Of a stretch of 64,000 nt of DNA, positions 12,880 to 23,255 are shown piece after piece. The translations under genes and the position numbers were made by a program. Below the pieces are notes generated by a model. It worked only from the letters and a program-made list of their open reading frames with translations, had not been told where the DNA came from and ran no database searches. Source of the DNA: Basidiobolus meristosporus CBS 931.73 (lineage: Eukaryota; Fungi; Basidiobolomycota); the NCBI GenBank assembly GCA_002104905.1, contig MCFE01000202.1, positions 1 to 64,000 on the forward strand. The letters are read 5' to 3'. The first letter of the stretch is position 1; each line of letters opens with the position of its first letter.

Positions 12880-14497
12880 TGTATATATAATATCATTTCC
12901 CCTTTGGCTTGACTCACTTCCTTATATATGTCACCAAAAAATAAAGCAAAGTTGTCTGGTTCCCAACCAAACCCCGCCACTGACAGTAGCAGAAGAACAG
13001 TTGGACAACAGCTTGCTTTGACATTCAGTGCAACAAGCAGTGCTACAGCCAAAAAAGGCCCTGTGGACAGTGTGCACACTGAAGGGAATAATGCAGCCTC
13101 CTCAGGCTCTCAGTCAAGTAGGTAATTGGGAATCTCTGCAGAGCCACAAGCTGACCATATTGCTGAGGCAGATGAGAGTGTAGTAAAAGCAGTATTCTGC
13201 TGAAGACCAGCAAGTGGTTGTCATAACATCACAACCACATGTATTTGCAAGTATTTGACCTGCTGATACTAAAGCATTAATGAGGCATCTTTGTGCAGTG
13301 GCTAATAGGATAGATGCAATGGCCCAGAGAAATCGGGAAATAGTCATGAAACAAGATGAGCAAATAAAAGGTGTAGAGCAATCAGTATACCAAGTAAAAA
13401 AGCAGTATCTTTGCTGCAAAGAAGGAACTCAGGGAGTTCAATTTCATAGTCAAGAACTGAGCCATTTCCTGATGTAACAGTAGAGGAACACTTTTTAGTC
13501 TTTGAGGCACAACAACAGTGCCCAAAGATAAAGCCCACAGAAAAACCTATCACAGCACAGGAGGGAGAAAATGTAGTATTTATACCAAAGCCTAAAAATC
13601 AAGAGACATTGAAGATCTGTGAGGCCATTGAGTGCAATGATGAAGAGTGGGCTAATTTTCAAGAGGCTGTCAGAAGTCTAGCATGCCAACACCACAGGTC
13701 TTACATATTATGGGACCATCTGGAGCTCAACTGCAAGCAGAATGTGCTTAACTTGCTCCATTAGTGTTATCCTGGACTCAAACTAGCCAATAGCTTTTAG
13801 ACCAGCATTGGTATGCTAAGAGAATATCTCAAGAATAGCAGATATTATCAATGGCAGAAGAGCAAAGGTGCAATGGCTAAACACCAGCAGCTTCTTCAAA
13901 GGCCAGTTACAAGCAGGGGCAAAAGCTCCAAAAGTGCATCAAAGAGGCATCTGGTAGCTGGAATAGTGCTGATAAGGGAAAAGCAGGCAGACACATATGC
14001 ACCAGCACAGCTTTTACCAAGGAAAAAGCACATTTCTACTCAAGAAGCACGCAGTCAAAGTAGCAGTGAAGGACCTGACAATGATAAAAACAAGTAGCTA
14101 CCACAGGAGCCTGTCACAGCATAGGCTGAGAGCTCAAAACAAGCAGGAAAGAAGAGTCAGGTTACCTGCAGAGTGGCAGCAAGGGACAAGCAAGCCAAAG
14201 CTGATGCAGCAGAGCAGCATTTATCAAGGAGAAAATACGGTTCAATGCACAAAGTACTCAGACAAAGTAGTGGTGAAAGACCTAGCAGTGATAAACAAAA
14301 AGGCAAAGTAGAAAAGGTCTACCCAAGCCAGAGACAGGGAAGCATAAGAAAGAGCTGCAGTTCTTGCCAATTAACACTGTAAGCCCACAACAGATGGAAT
14401 TCCATCTTAGCCAAGAAGAATTACAAACAAGAAAACAGCTGTTTTCACAAGAGACAGAAGCTTATTCAATTGGGCTACACTCCAGTGAGGTAGCTGA
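12880..14497 (+). pseudogene. Divergent second gene of the CACTA-like element (K/S/Q-rich, internal ~210-bp repeats); continues at 27815 after the gypsy insertion
   Basis: Fragmented ORFs 12928-14382. Repeated units near 13975-14095 and 14185-14305. The empty site at ~51190(-) joins 14497 to 27815. Confidence 0.6.
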
Positions 14498-14873
14498 TGT
14501 GAGCTATTACTGACTGTACTTGGTGAGTTGGAGACCTTGTAGGTCAAGTCAGTACCACATAGCTCAGAATAGCTTCCAATAGAAGGTAGCAAGGAAATAA
14601 AGACTTGTGTTTATTTTGTCCAAATCTTATTGTTCCCTCACTTGGTTTAATTGGATATATATATATATCACCTAGAGGGGCTTAGATAATAGACAATGTG
14701 TAATAAAATAGGGGTGTGAACACCTTCCTGTTATGGTAAGTGCTCTTACTAGATAAGGGCAGCAATAGGAGGGAGGACACATGTGGGAATCATAAGGAGG
14801 ACACTAGGGGACTTTGGGTAGGATAAGGGGAGAACTCCTGGGCAAAGAGTGGGTACTACACTTAGTACCTGCA
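14498..14873 (-). repeat. 3' LTR of gypsy C
   Basis: TG..CA termini; aligns with 27438-27809. Confidence 0.8.
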
Positions 14874-14936
14874 TATCCCAGGGGTTAAGAGGGAGCTTTG
14901 TCCTTGAAGTTTTTTGACTAACTTGCTTCTCCAGGG

Positions 14937-16082
14937 TCAATTTTGTTTATAGAGCATGGGGGAGTCACCATAATACCATTGCTGTTTGTCACTTGCAAGG
15001 GGGTTGCAGGCAAGTACCTGATACCATTTGGCAGCAAAGTGGGGTGTGGCTTGCATTACTTGAGGGATGCTTTCCACAGAGCCAAACAATTGGCAAACCA
15101 TAGGGCTCTGGGTAAGTTCCTTGGAAGGGTTGGGGAATGAAAAGAGATTAAATAATGCAATAAAGTCTTGCTTCTTTAACTTGCAAATGCTGTTGGGGCT
15201 TATCCTTGTTGTGTTCAATATGGCAGCGGGGGCCCTTTTGAAGAGGGCATACTCTTGGTTGGCAGTCACCTGTTGTTGATGACAAGTTTTTGCTTCTTCC
15301 AAGATGCATTGTAGCTCTTCTGTAGCAACTGTGGCGCAATTGAGGTGCTTTTGTACTTGCCTTATGGTTTCTACAGAGTTGGTGGCAGTTTCTTTGGCTT
15401 CTTGGAGTTGGACTTTGTACTGGTTCCTTAGTTGTCCCATGGTAAACCACTGTAATAGCTGTAACACAGCAACTTGGTGGATTGCATGGGTTAACTGGCT
15501 GGTGTATTTAATCCATTTGCCTATCTTCTCTAGGATAGTTCCTTCTTGAAAACGTGGTTTGAGATGTTTGCAAACTTCTTGGAGGAGTCCTTTGATTGGG
15601 AATTCTATTTCTGGTGCTCTTGTGGCTTGTACCAGGTCTGCATATACCTCAACAACCATGGTACCTATGCATGGCAAGTATGCAACAAAACAGGGGGGCT
15701 CTCAAGGCCTTGTGACAGTGCAACAGTTGATTCCTTGCATCTTGTGTCTGACTTTGTCCAGTATGGATACAGGAGTCAGTGTGGTGTTTGTCTCCTTGAT
15801 GATCAAGGAACCTCCCCTCAGGTGGTATATGGGCTTCTTGGGTAGTATCTCCATACTTTGTATTGCCATGATTAGCTTGCCTTGTCCCTCTCTGATTGTG
15901 TCCTTTATCAATGTTACTGCTTTGGCAAGCAACTCTTGATAGGTGGCTCTTGTTGCATATAACACTTGTGCCATATCTTTCAACACTTGCAGGTTGGTCT
16001 TGTTTTTGATATCATCTTGATTCTTGCTAGTGGGAGGGGTATCACCAGTTTTGGGCAAACTGTTTCCTTTGGTGCTTTCCAT
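14937..16082 (-). pseudogene. Extra ~380-codon ORF3 of gypsy C, function unknown
   Basis: ORFs 15702-16088 and 14937-15677 are in the same frame, separated only by one TGA (probable CGA->TGA). Lies between the integrase and the 3' LTR. Coiled-coil-like central segment. Confidence 0.7.
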
Positions 16083-16361
16083 ATGCAATCTTTTGTTCTC
16101 CCTTTTGGGTGAACTTCCTTGCGCATATCATTTGTACCTATATCAACTAAAATATCTTCTAATAAACTTTGTATATTTCCTGTGTCTTCCTCTATCCTTG
16201 TCCTGATAATTGTTTAATCACACTTTGGTTTCAGTGATGATTGGTGGATCATCATGAAACAGTTTCAGATAGACAGGTACTATGCTGCTGATTGTCTTAT
16301 TGTTCAGGGTGATGGTGTACTTTGGTTCATGGTCCAAACTAATAACAGTGCAAGGGCCAAT

Positions 16362-17014
16362 CTATTGGGGTGTAAATTGTAGGCAAAACTTGAGGCCTGC
16401 AATTGTTTGGTTGTACCACACTTTATTGCCTGGTTTCCATATTTGTCCCATTAGTTTCTCATTTTTAGGTGGAGGGGGAAGGTGCTTGTTGACATTTTTG
16501 AATACTTTTATGTATAGGTGGGCAATATGGTGTATCAACCTCTCTACATGGACATTATGTGTTGTAAAGGGGACACCTTTAATTGACAATCCAGCTTCTT
16601 TGCACCGCTTGGGCCTATGTCCATACAGAACTTTGTACAGGAAGAAACCTGTTGTTTTATTTGGTATTGTACACATTGCTAGGAGTGCTGGTGGGAGCAG
16701 CTTGGTCCATGACTGGGGAAGCTCCCAGTGAAGCTTCTCTAGTTAGCAGCAACACAACTGGCTCATCCCCTTGGTTAATCCATTGGTCTGGGGGTGATAC
16801 ACAGCTGTGAAGACCTGTTTCATGCCCATCATTTTTGCACAATTGGGCCACAGTATTGCTCAGGAAGGAACCACCATTGTTGGACAGGAGTATCTGAGGA
16901 CATCCATGCCAGCCAATGAGGTGCTCTAGGATGAGTTGAGAGGTTGTCTTCTGATCTTTATTTTGAACGTCTTGGGCTTCAACCCACTTTGAGAAATAAT
17001 CAGTAGCAATTACT
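16362..17014 (-). pseudogene. Gypsy C integrase remnant (core and C-terminal part)
   Basis: VIATDYFSKWVEA, GCPQILLSNNGGSF, FFLYKVLYGHRP. Confidence 0.85.
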
Positions 17015-17197
17015 TGACTTGTTCCGTTGGATAGTGCCACATAGTGCCAGCCTGTTTATGGTGCCGGATTGATCTGGCACTCTACAGCACTATCTGGCAC
17101 TATAATTTCTACCATGATGCCAGTGGTATGATACAGTTACTGGTAATTTTACTCAATCTTACTTGTGTTGCTCACAATAGTGCTTTCCTTGCTTTAT

Positions 17198-18082
17198 TTA
17201 CTCTTCATAATGCTCCAGACACATTTCTCTTAGTGGATGTCTTCTTGTATTAACATACTGTGCATTAATAAGTATCTTAACTATTTTACCTATTCTGCTG
17301 TTTTCTCCTATATATGACTTTACTCTGTATTTACCTGCCAATATGCTGAATCTCTTCAGATATCCAAATGTGTGCCCTACCCTTACTCTGAAATGATTAA
17401 GTATCTCATTATAGAGCGTCTGCTTCCTGCTAAGCACACCATTCCTTGGCTTCCTATAAGCTGTAATACATCCTAATCTCTGACAATCCTCTCATATATA
17501 GGCTAAGTCTGCCATACATTTCTCACCTCTACTGAATTCAGGATGATTCTCTACCCAGAGTGCCTTGTCATGCCTACTTCCAGCAAATGGCCCACTAAAC
17601 AAGATGATGTTACCCTCAATTTCAGACAGTGCTTGAAACTTCACACAGTGTGCCTTGTGCTTGCCAGAATAAAAGTGCCTCTGCCCTCTAGAAGGTCTGT
17701 TAATCCTCACTGGGAAGGTATCCAAAATACTCCTGATATGGAACCTGTTGCTGAACACTCTGAGATATGGAAGTCTATTGGAGCTTCTGAGCCTATTATT
17801 CCAAGCTTGCTCTAAGTCATTCATACCCTCTGCAAGGTGGTTCTCCATTACTGTCAGCTGGGAGTGAAAGCTTCTAGGACTCTTGTTGCCATGGATGGTG
17901 GGATGAAACCTTGTAGGGCAATAGTTCTTGTAATAGCAGAGAAGATTAACAAGGGATCTCCTTGAGTGGATTGGGGTTGATGGTCCATAGAACTTGGAAT
18001 AGATCTCCTCTAGTGTGTCAAAAGGAAATCCAGTGGTAGTGATGGGATTGATGAGAAATGACCATTCAGATGAGTAAGTCAT
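17198..18082 (-). pseudogene. DDE_Tnp_4 (PIF/Harbinger/IS5-like) transposase, ~294 codons, one nonsense codon
   Basis: ILDTFPV, HFYSGKHKAHCVKFQ, GPFAGSRHD, MADLAYI, RVGHTFG (RVEHTFG in copy 3). TGA replaces GGA at 17492-17494. Confidence 0.9.
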
Positions 18083-18114
18083 ATAAAAATTGATGGATGA
18101 TTGTATGGAGGCGG

Positions 18115-18918
18115 TGTGGTAGGGTAAACATACCTTCCACAGACAGGTTTATTCATATATTCATTATGATATACTTATCTATATTTTATCTTATCAGTAT
18201 TATCCCATTCTTCTTTTGCCCATATTATCAGTGTTATCCCCATATGATGTTTAGCCTGATTAGCTATTAGCATTAGTTATCCCAGATGTTATTCAGCTTT
18301 GTGATCAGTAGATGTATCTATATAAGGCAAGTACCCGCGTCAGTACCCGTGACACATGACCTAGGTCTGTGTTACCATCCCTACCATTTCAATACCATAT
18401 ATGGTATTTCTATATTCCACAGGTTTCAGACTACTGATTCCTGATTGGTTGAGAGTGCTGTGCCTTTTAGAACCTTCCAGGACATTCTTGGCATATTTTT
18501 AGCTCATAGTGATGTCATCAAGAATTCCACTGATATCTAGAATCATCTAGTACCTTGTCATTAGTATTCACTTGGCAATCAGGAAAAGTACTCAAGGGAA
18601 AGCAATCCCTCATCAATAAACCATCCCTTCTATTAGTAACACTTCTCCCTTATTGATTAGCAGTTGATCACTGCACCTGCCTTCAACAGTACATCTCAGA
18701 TCTGCCATCAAGGAGCTTTTCAAGGTAGTGCACAAGACACACAGAGGCCTTTGGAGACACTTGGAGCACCTAGGAAGCTAGAGAAGCAGGAGCTTTTACC
18801 ATAGAGATATACTGACAAAGACACCAGCAGTTTAGACCCAGAGGTTATTGCACCCATCAGACACCTCACACACCTTGAGTTGTGTAGCTTCTCCCAGGAG
18901 TACCTCTACACCACCACA
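18115..18918 (+). mobile_element. Solo LTR related to family D (804 bp), 4-bp TSD GCGG
   Basis: Termini TGTGGT..ACCACA. GCGG on both sides. Absent from the homologous site at ~58775. Core similar to 8080-8420. Confidence 0.88.
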
Positions 18919-19249
18919 GCGGTTTGAATCAATTTGGTGCAATTTGCGTTATTTATCTGATTTTTAATACATTATGGTTAAATCTCCATCAATTGCCATG
19001 TATCCCATCACTATGTTGCAAAAATCATCCGCAAACAATGCCTTAGTACTTTTATTGATGCTTAACTCATAGGTCTATATTCAAATAGGAAATCTGTGAT
19101 TGATGTGATCTGATCTGTGTCAACGCAATCTAAGATGCATCATGCATAATATATGGAAAATTCAACAATCACATTAGTTTTCATATATATTTCATATAAG
19201 ACCAGGTTGATGCCATTATACTGCTGTATAAGTATCCAAATCTGTTGCT

Positions 19250-20496
19250 ATGGTCCCCATACCAAGCCTCAACCCATCTTTAGTACAACACAGACAAAAC
19301 CCATCCCCCAGCTCACAAACACGGTCCAGACCGGAAAAGTTGATGTTGAATCCATTTGAGTTCTTGCAAAATGATTTTAGTATGGCCCAAGTGTCTATGA
19401 TGAGCCTTCATACAGATATTTAGGCACTACTGATTAATCTAGCAGAACTAGATACCTCAGATAGTCAACAAAGATGGAAGAACTTGAGTAGAAAGCTGTG
19501 GCATGAGTTCTACATCAAGATGCCAGGCAATGTATGTAAAAAGATATATAACAAGACAAGTATTGAAATCAAGAACAAGCTGAGAGTGAGGGGATTTGAC
19601 CAAGAAGCCGTGCGGGAACAATTTCATGCGCAATTTGCACAGTACGGGCCGGACGCATCCGTTTGTGCCTCAACTTTGGGAATCAAAGAGATTTTGAATG
19701 AGTTTTGCCTCAAATGACTAATGTACTACGTGATATATTAGTAGAGCTAAGTGGCTTCCAAGAGCAATATACACATGACTCATCCAGGCTACAGCTCCAA
19801 AGTATCAGACAGAGGGTAAGTGAATACCTTGAGGAATCAGATGGTGAGCTTCAGGAGGAAGAATACAGACCGCAAGCAACATTGTCCAAATTGCACCAGC
19901 ACGCCTTGCTGGATTCCCTACCATCTCTTGCAACCACAGCACACCAGCGCACGTCAATCCAGACCATGCCAACACCCTTTACCAGAACACCCTGCATCAA
20001 GTCAATGCGCGTTGGGTCAACACACACGCTTCAGAGCCAAACTACGAGAACTTGCCAAACTGCTCATTTAGACACAAGTCCATTGGAGCGGACCAAGTTG
20101 CGTCAACATGCAGCATCACGTTGAACTCAGCCAAGGGCCATCTCAACGCGTCAAGGTGCACCTGCACGTGCTGCTTTGCCTGACCATCAGCAAGTTACTT
20201 CTGGTGAACTGACTGATGATGACCAACATGAAGTGCCTCAACCACCAGAGCCCTTGGCAAGTAAAAGAACGCGTCAGCGCATGGCACTACAGGCCGGTTC
20301 AGTTGGTTCAGTCGGAGCAATTCAGCGTAGCCAAGCTGCAGCATTGCACTCATCAACTAGCAGGCAAAATGCTGACTACAAATACACAAGTAACCAAGAT
20401 GATAGTCAGCCAGGAAGTTGTATAGGTGTGCAAAGTGAGTCACTACCAAATGCTTTAGTAGTAATCCCTGTGAGAAAGAAACCCAGGATAAGATGA
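19250..20496 (+). pseudogene. Second (accessory) ORF of the PHIS transposon, divergent from the transposase
   Basis: Fragments 19484-20496 are homologous to the 277-aa ORF at 59105-59938. Ends in the basic RKKPRIR (NLS-like). Confidence 0.7.
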
Positions 20497-21242
20497 TGCA
20501 ATTGCTTTGAATTGCTCACATTTGTAATGATCCCAACAACCCTTTTTTTTTGCGATCCAAATCAAGCCATTGCACATTAGTAATCATCAAATTTTTGATA
20601 TAAGTAATACCAAGGTTGTCTCACATTTGAGACAGAGCCCCTATAAATAAATACCCTGCATATATATACATCATCTGTAATACCAGTGCAGCTATTGGAT
20701 CTGTTTTGCACCTACACAATTGCTTGCGTGCTAGCTATGACACCTTGTCCAATCACTAGGATCAGGGATTTACTTGCTCAATGGGCAAAATGGGATATTT
20801 GATGGCAAATCAGGTAGCTTTTTCAGTAGTCAATGAGCCAATTGGGGGCTGCCAGCTTCAGGATATTTTTGGACCAATCATCCACTGAGATACCGTCCAA
20901 TTGGAGTGAGGGTAACCAAAATGGTAAGTATCAGTGTAGTTTATAGTGTGATACACATTTATTTCCATTTACATTAAAGAAACATATTCAAATACCAGAT
21001 TTTACCTGCCATAATAGCGGTATCCAATTGTGCACGTGATGCAAACATTACAAGTTGGCGCAATCATCTGTGCCAACCTCATTGTGTTAGATTGTGCAAT
21101 AGTGTGCAAGATTGTCCCACATAATGCAAAATTGTCCAAGAACAATCCTGCCTTCTGGTAGCTATAATATTGCGCCCAATTGTTCTTTACAACCGCGGAT
21201 TGCTCTGCGCGCCCTGGCATGGTACAATGGAACACGTCTACT

Positions 21243-22059
21243 ATATAGAGTACTCATTTCTTTGTTTTGATAAAGGCACCAACAAAGTCAATCCCTACCT
21301 GGTGGAAGGGTAGGTTAACTGGTATTGGTGCAGTTGTCCCTATCTTCTGACCTTGGTTAAATCTCTGGCAGGTGGAGCATCTTTGTAACATATTTGTGAC
21401 ATTGGTCCTCATTTTTTCAAATAAAATGTCTTTCTGAACATCTATATGTTGTGAGGTGCCTATACCAATGAGACTTCCATCACAGTTAATAAAAGATGTT
21501 GCATCCCAATAAAGAAAGTGTACCACTGGTAGTGACATCATGGAATGTTTCAGCTGATTCAATTCTCACTTTGAGGCTCCAACCACACAAAACGCTGGCC
21601 TTTTTGCATCAATTTGTATAGGGGGGCTGCTATTGCCACAAAGTTTTTGATATAGCGGCAATAGTAGCTGGCTAATCCTAGAAATGCCAACACTGCATTG
21701 ATATCCTTTGGTGCAGGTGTATCTTTAACAGCTTTTAGGAGTGAGGTGGATGGGTATATCCCATATGCTGAGATCTTGTGGCCCAGGAACAACAATTGTG
21801 TATACAAAAATGGCACTTCTTGGGATGTAGTTTCAGTTAGTTATTGAGGAGGGCTGTCAGGATACATTGCACATTGTGTATATGCTCTTCTACATTGGGG
21901 GAATATATCATGATGTTGTCTAGATATACAAGAGTGCATTCCCATTGTGAATTTCCTTGCACCTTGTCAATCCTCCTTTGGAGTGTAGCAGGAGCATTGC
22001 ACAAGCCAAAGGGTAGTTGGGTCCAATTGTATAATTCAAACAATGTTGTAAAAATGGTG
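21243..22059 (-). pseudogene. Gypsy C RT / RNase H / integrase N-terminal remnants
   Basis: LPFGLCNAPATLQR, LVYLDNIMIYS, FLGLASYYCRYIKNF, PFHQVGIDFVG. Confidence 0.9.
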
Positions 22060-22428
22060 TGTTGAAATATTGGACTATTTAGTATCATTCAGCAGCTAAA
22101 AATTTACTTAACAATTCTAGGCTAGTCTTAGTCACTGTAGGACTCATTTACTGCCTTAACTTTGCCACTTTCTCCAGATATATGATCTTATGATTATTCC
22201 CCTATAGTCAGGATCAAATTAGCACTATTACCAAACATTATGTACTAACCCTGAAACTGTTACAGAATGCTCCTGAATATTGAGAAACCCTCCCTACTTA
22301 GTGTTGCAGCTGTATTACTTCTACAAAGGTATAAATACTGAGCTTCTTTATGAATAAACAATAGTTCAACTATTATCACTATTTCTTGATAAGTTCCTTA
22401 TATCCAAATCACTGCTTAAATTGCAGCA

Positions 22429-22441
22429 GGTTATGAGACCC
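22429..22441 (+). promoter_or_regulatory. Primer-binding site complementary to the initiator tRNA-Met anticodon arm (half-tRNA type)
   Basis: GGTTATGAGACCC directly after the LTR. GGTTATGAGCCCC in copy 2 (37186-37198, -) and at 63457-63469. Confidence 0.85.
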
Positions 22442-22464
22442 AACTGCCTTAATCTATTCTAAAG

Positions 22465-23255
22465 ATGACTTCTACCAGCAAACAAAGCAATACCAACATC
22501 TTCCCTGTAAAGGAGAGGTTTAATGGGAAGAACTACAGACTTTGGAGAATCAAAATGCAGATCCACCTTGAGGAAAGAAAGCTTTGGAACATAGTAACAG
22601 GAAAGGAAGTTGAGCCCAAAGGAACAGCAGAAGATGTGGAGAAGTTTCAAGAGAAGGAGAGAAAGGCCTTCAATGCAATATGCATCAATGTGCAAGACTC
22701 CTTCATTGGACAAATCCATGCCTCAAATACTGCCAAAGCAGCATGGGAATCCCTAGAGAAGATCTTTAGAGCAAAGTCAGTATCAAGCAAGCTTTATTTG
22801 AAACGAAAGTACTTCATCATGAGAAAAAGCCAGATGATGACATGCTACAACTCATTACCAGAATGGAGACACTTGCAGAAGAACTTTACAGTATTAATGC
22901 TGGTGTAGATGATGAAGAAAAGATACTCTGTCCGATTTGCAGCCTACCAGACGAGTATGAGCCACTCATACTTTCTTTTGAAAGCAGAGAAGACAACTTG
23001 ACTTTAGACTATGTCAAAGGAAGACTTCTCCATGAAGAACTCAGACGTAATGATCAAGCAGAGAAAATTGAAGATAATGCTTTATTCAGTTCAGAAAGGC
23101 ATACAGAAAAGAAGGGAAAGCAACAAAACCAAAGAAAACCTGGCTGCTGTAACTTCTGTAAGAAGCCAGGACACTGGGCAAGAGAATGCAAGAAGAAACA
23201 AGCAGACAAAAAACAGAAACTAGAGCAGGCAAACCATATAACTACTGATGAATAG
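22465..23255 (+). pseudogene. gag: Copia gag, frameshifted
   Basis: ERFNGKNYRLWRIKM, zinc knuckle CNFCKKPGHWAREC. One A lost in the A-run near 22825 relative to copy 2. Confidence 0.9.

Larger units (their letters stand above)
17015..21239. mobile_element. PHIS-superfamily DNA transposon (Pangu-like), copy 1
   Basis: Termini (T)GACTTGTTCCGTTGG and CAATGGAACACGTCT. TSD ACT at 17012-17014 and 21240-21242. Removing the element restores the host integrase frame LYIVIATDY. Confidence 0.85.

Noticed and set aside
14937-16082. ORF3 as a retroviral-type env
   Set aside because: No visible signal peptide, furin site or hydrophobic transmembrane segment. Kept only as an unknown ORF.
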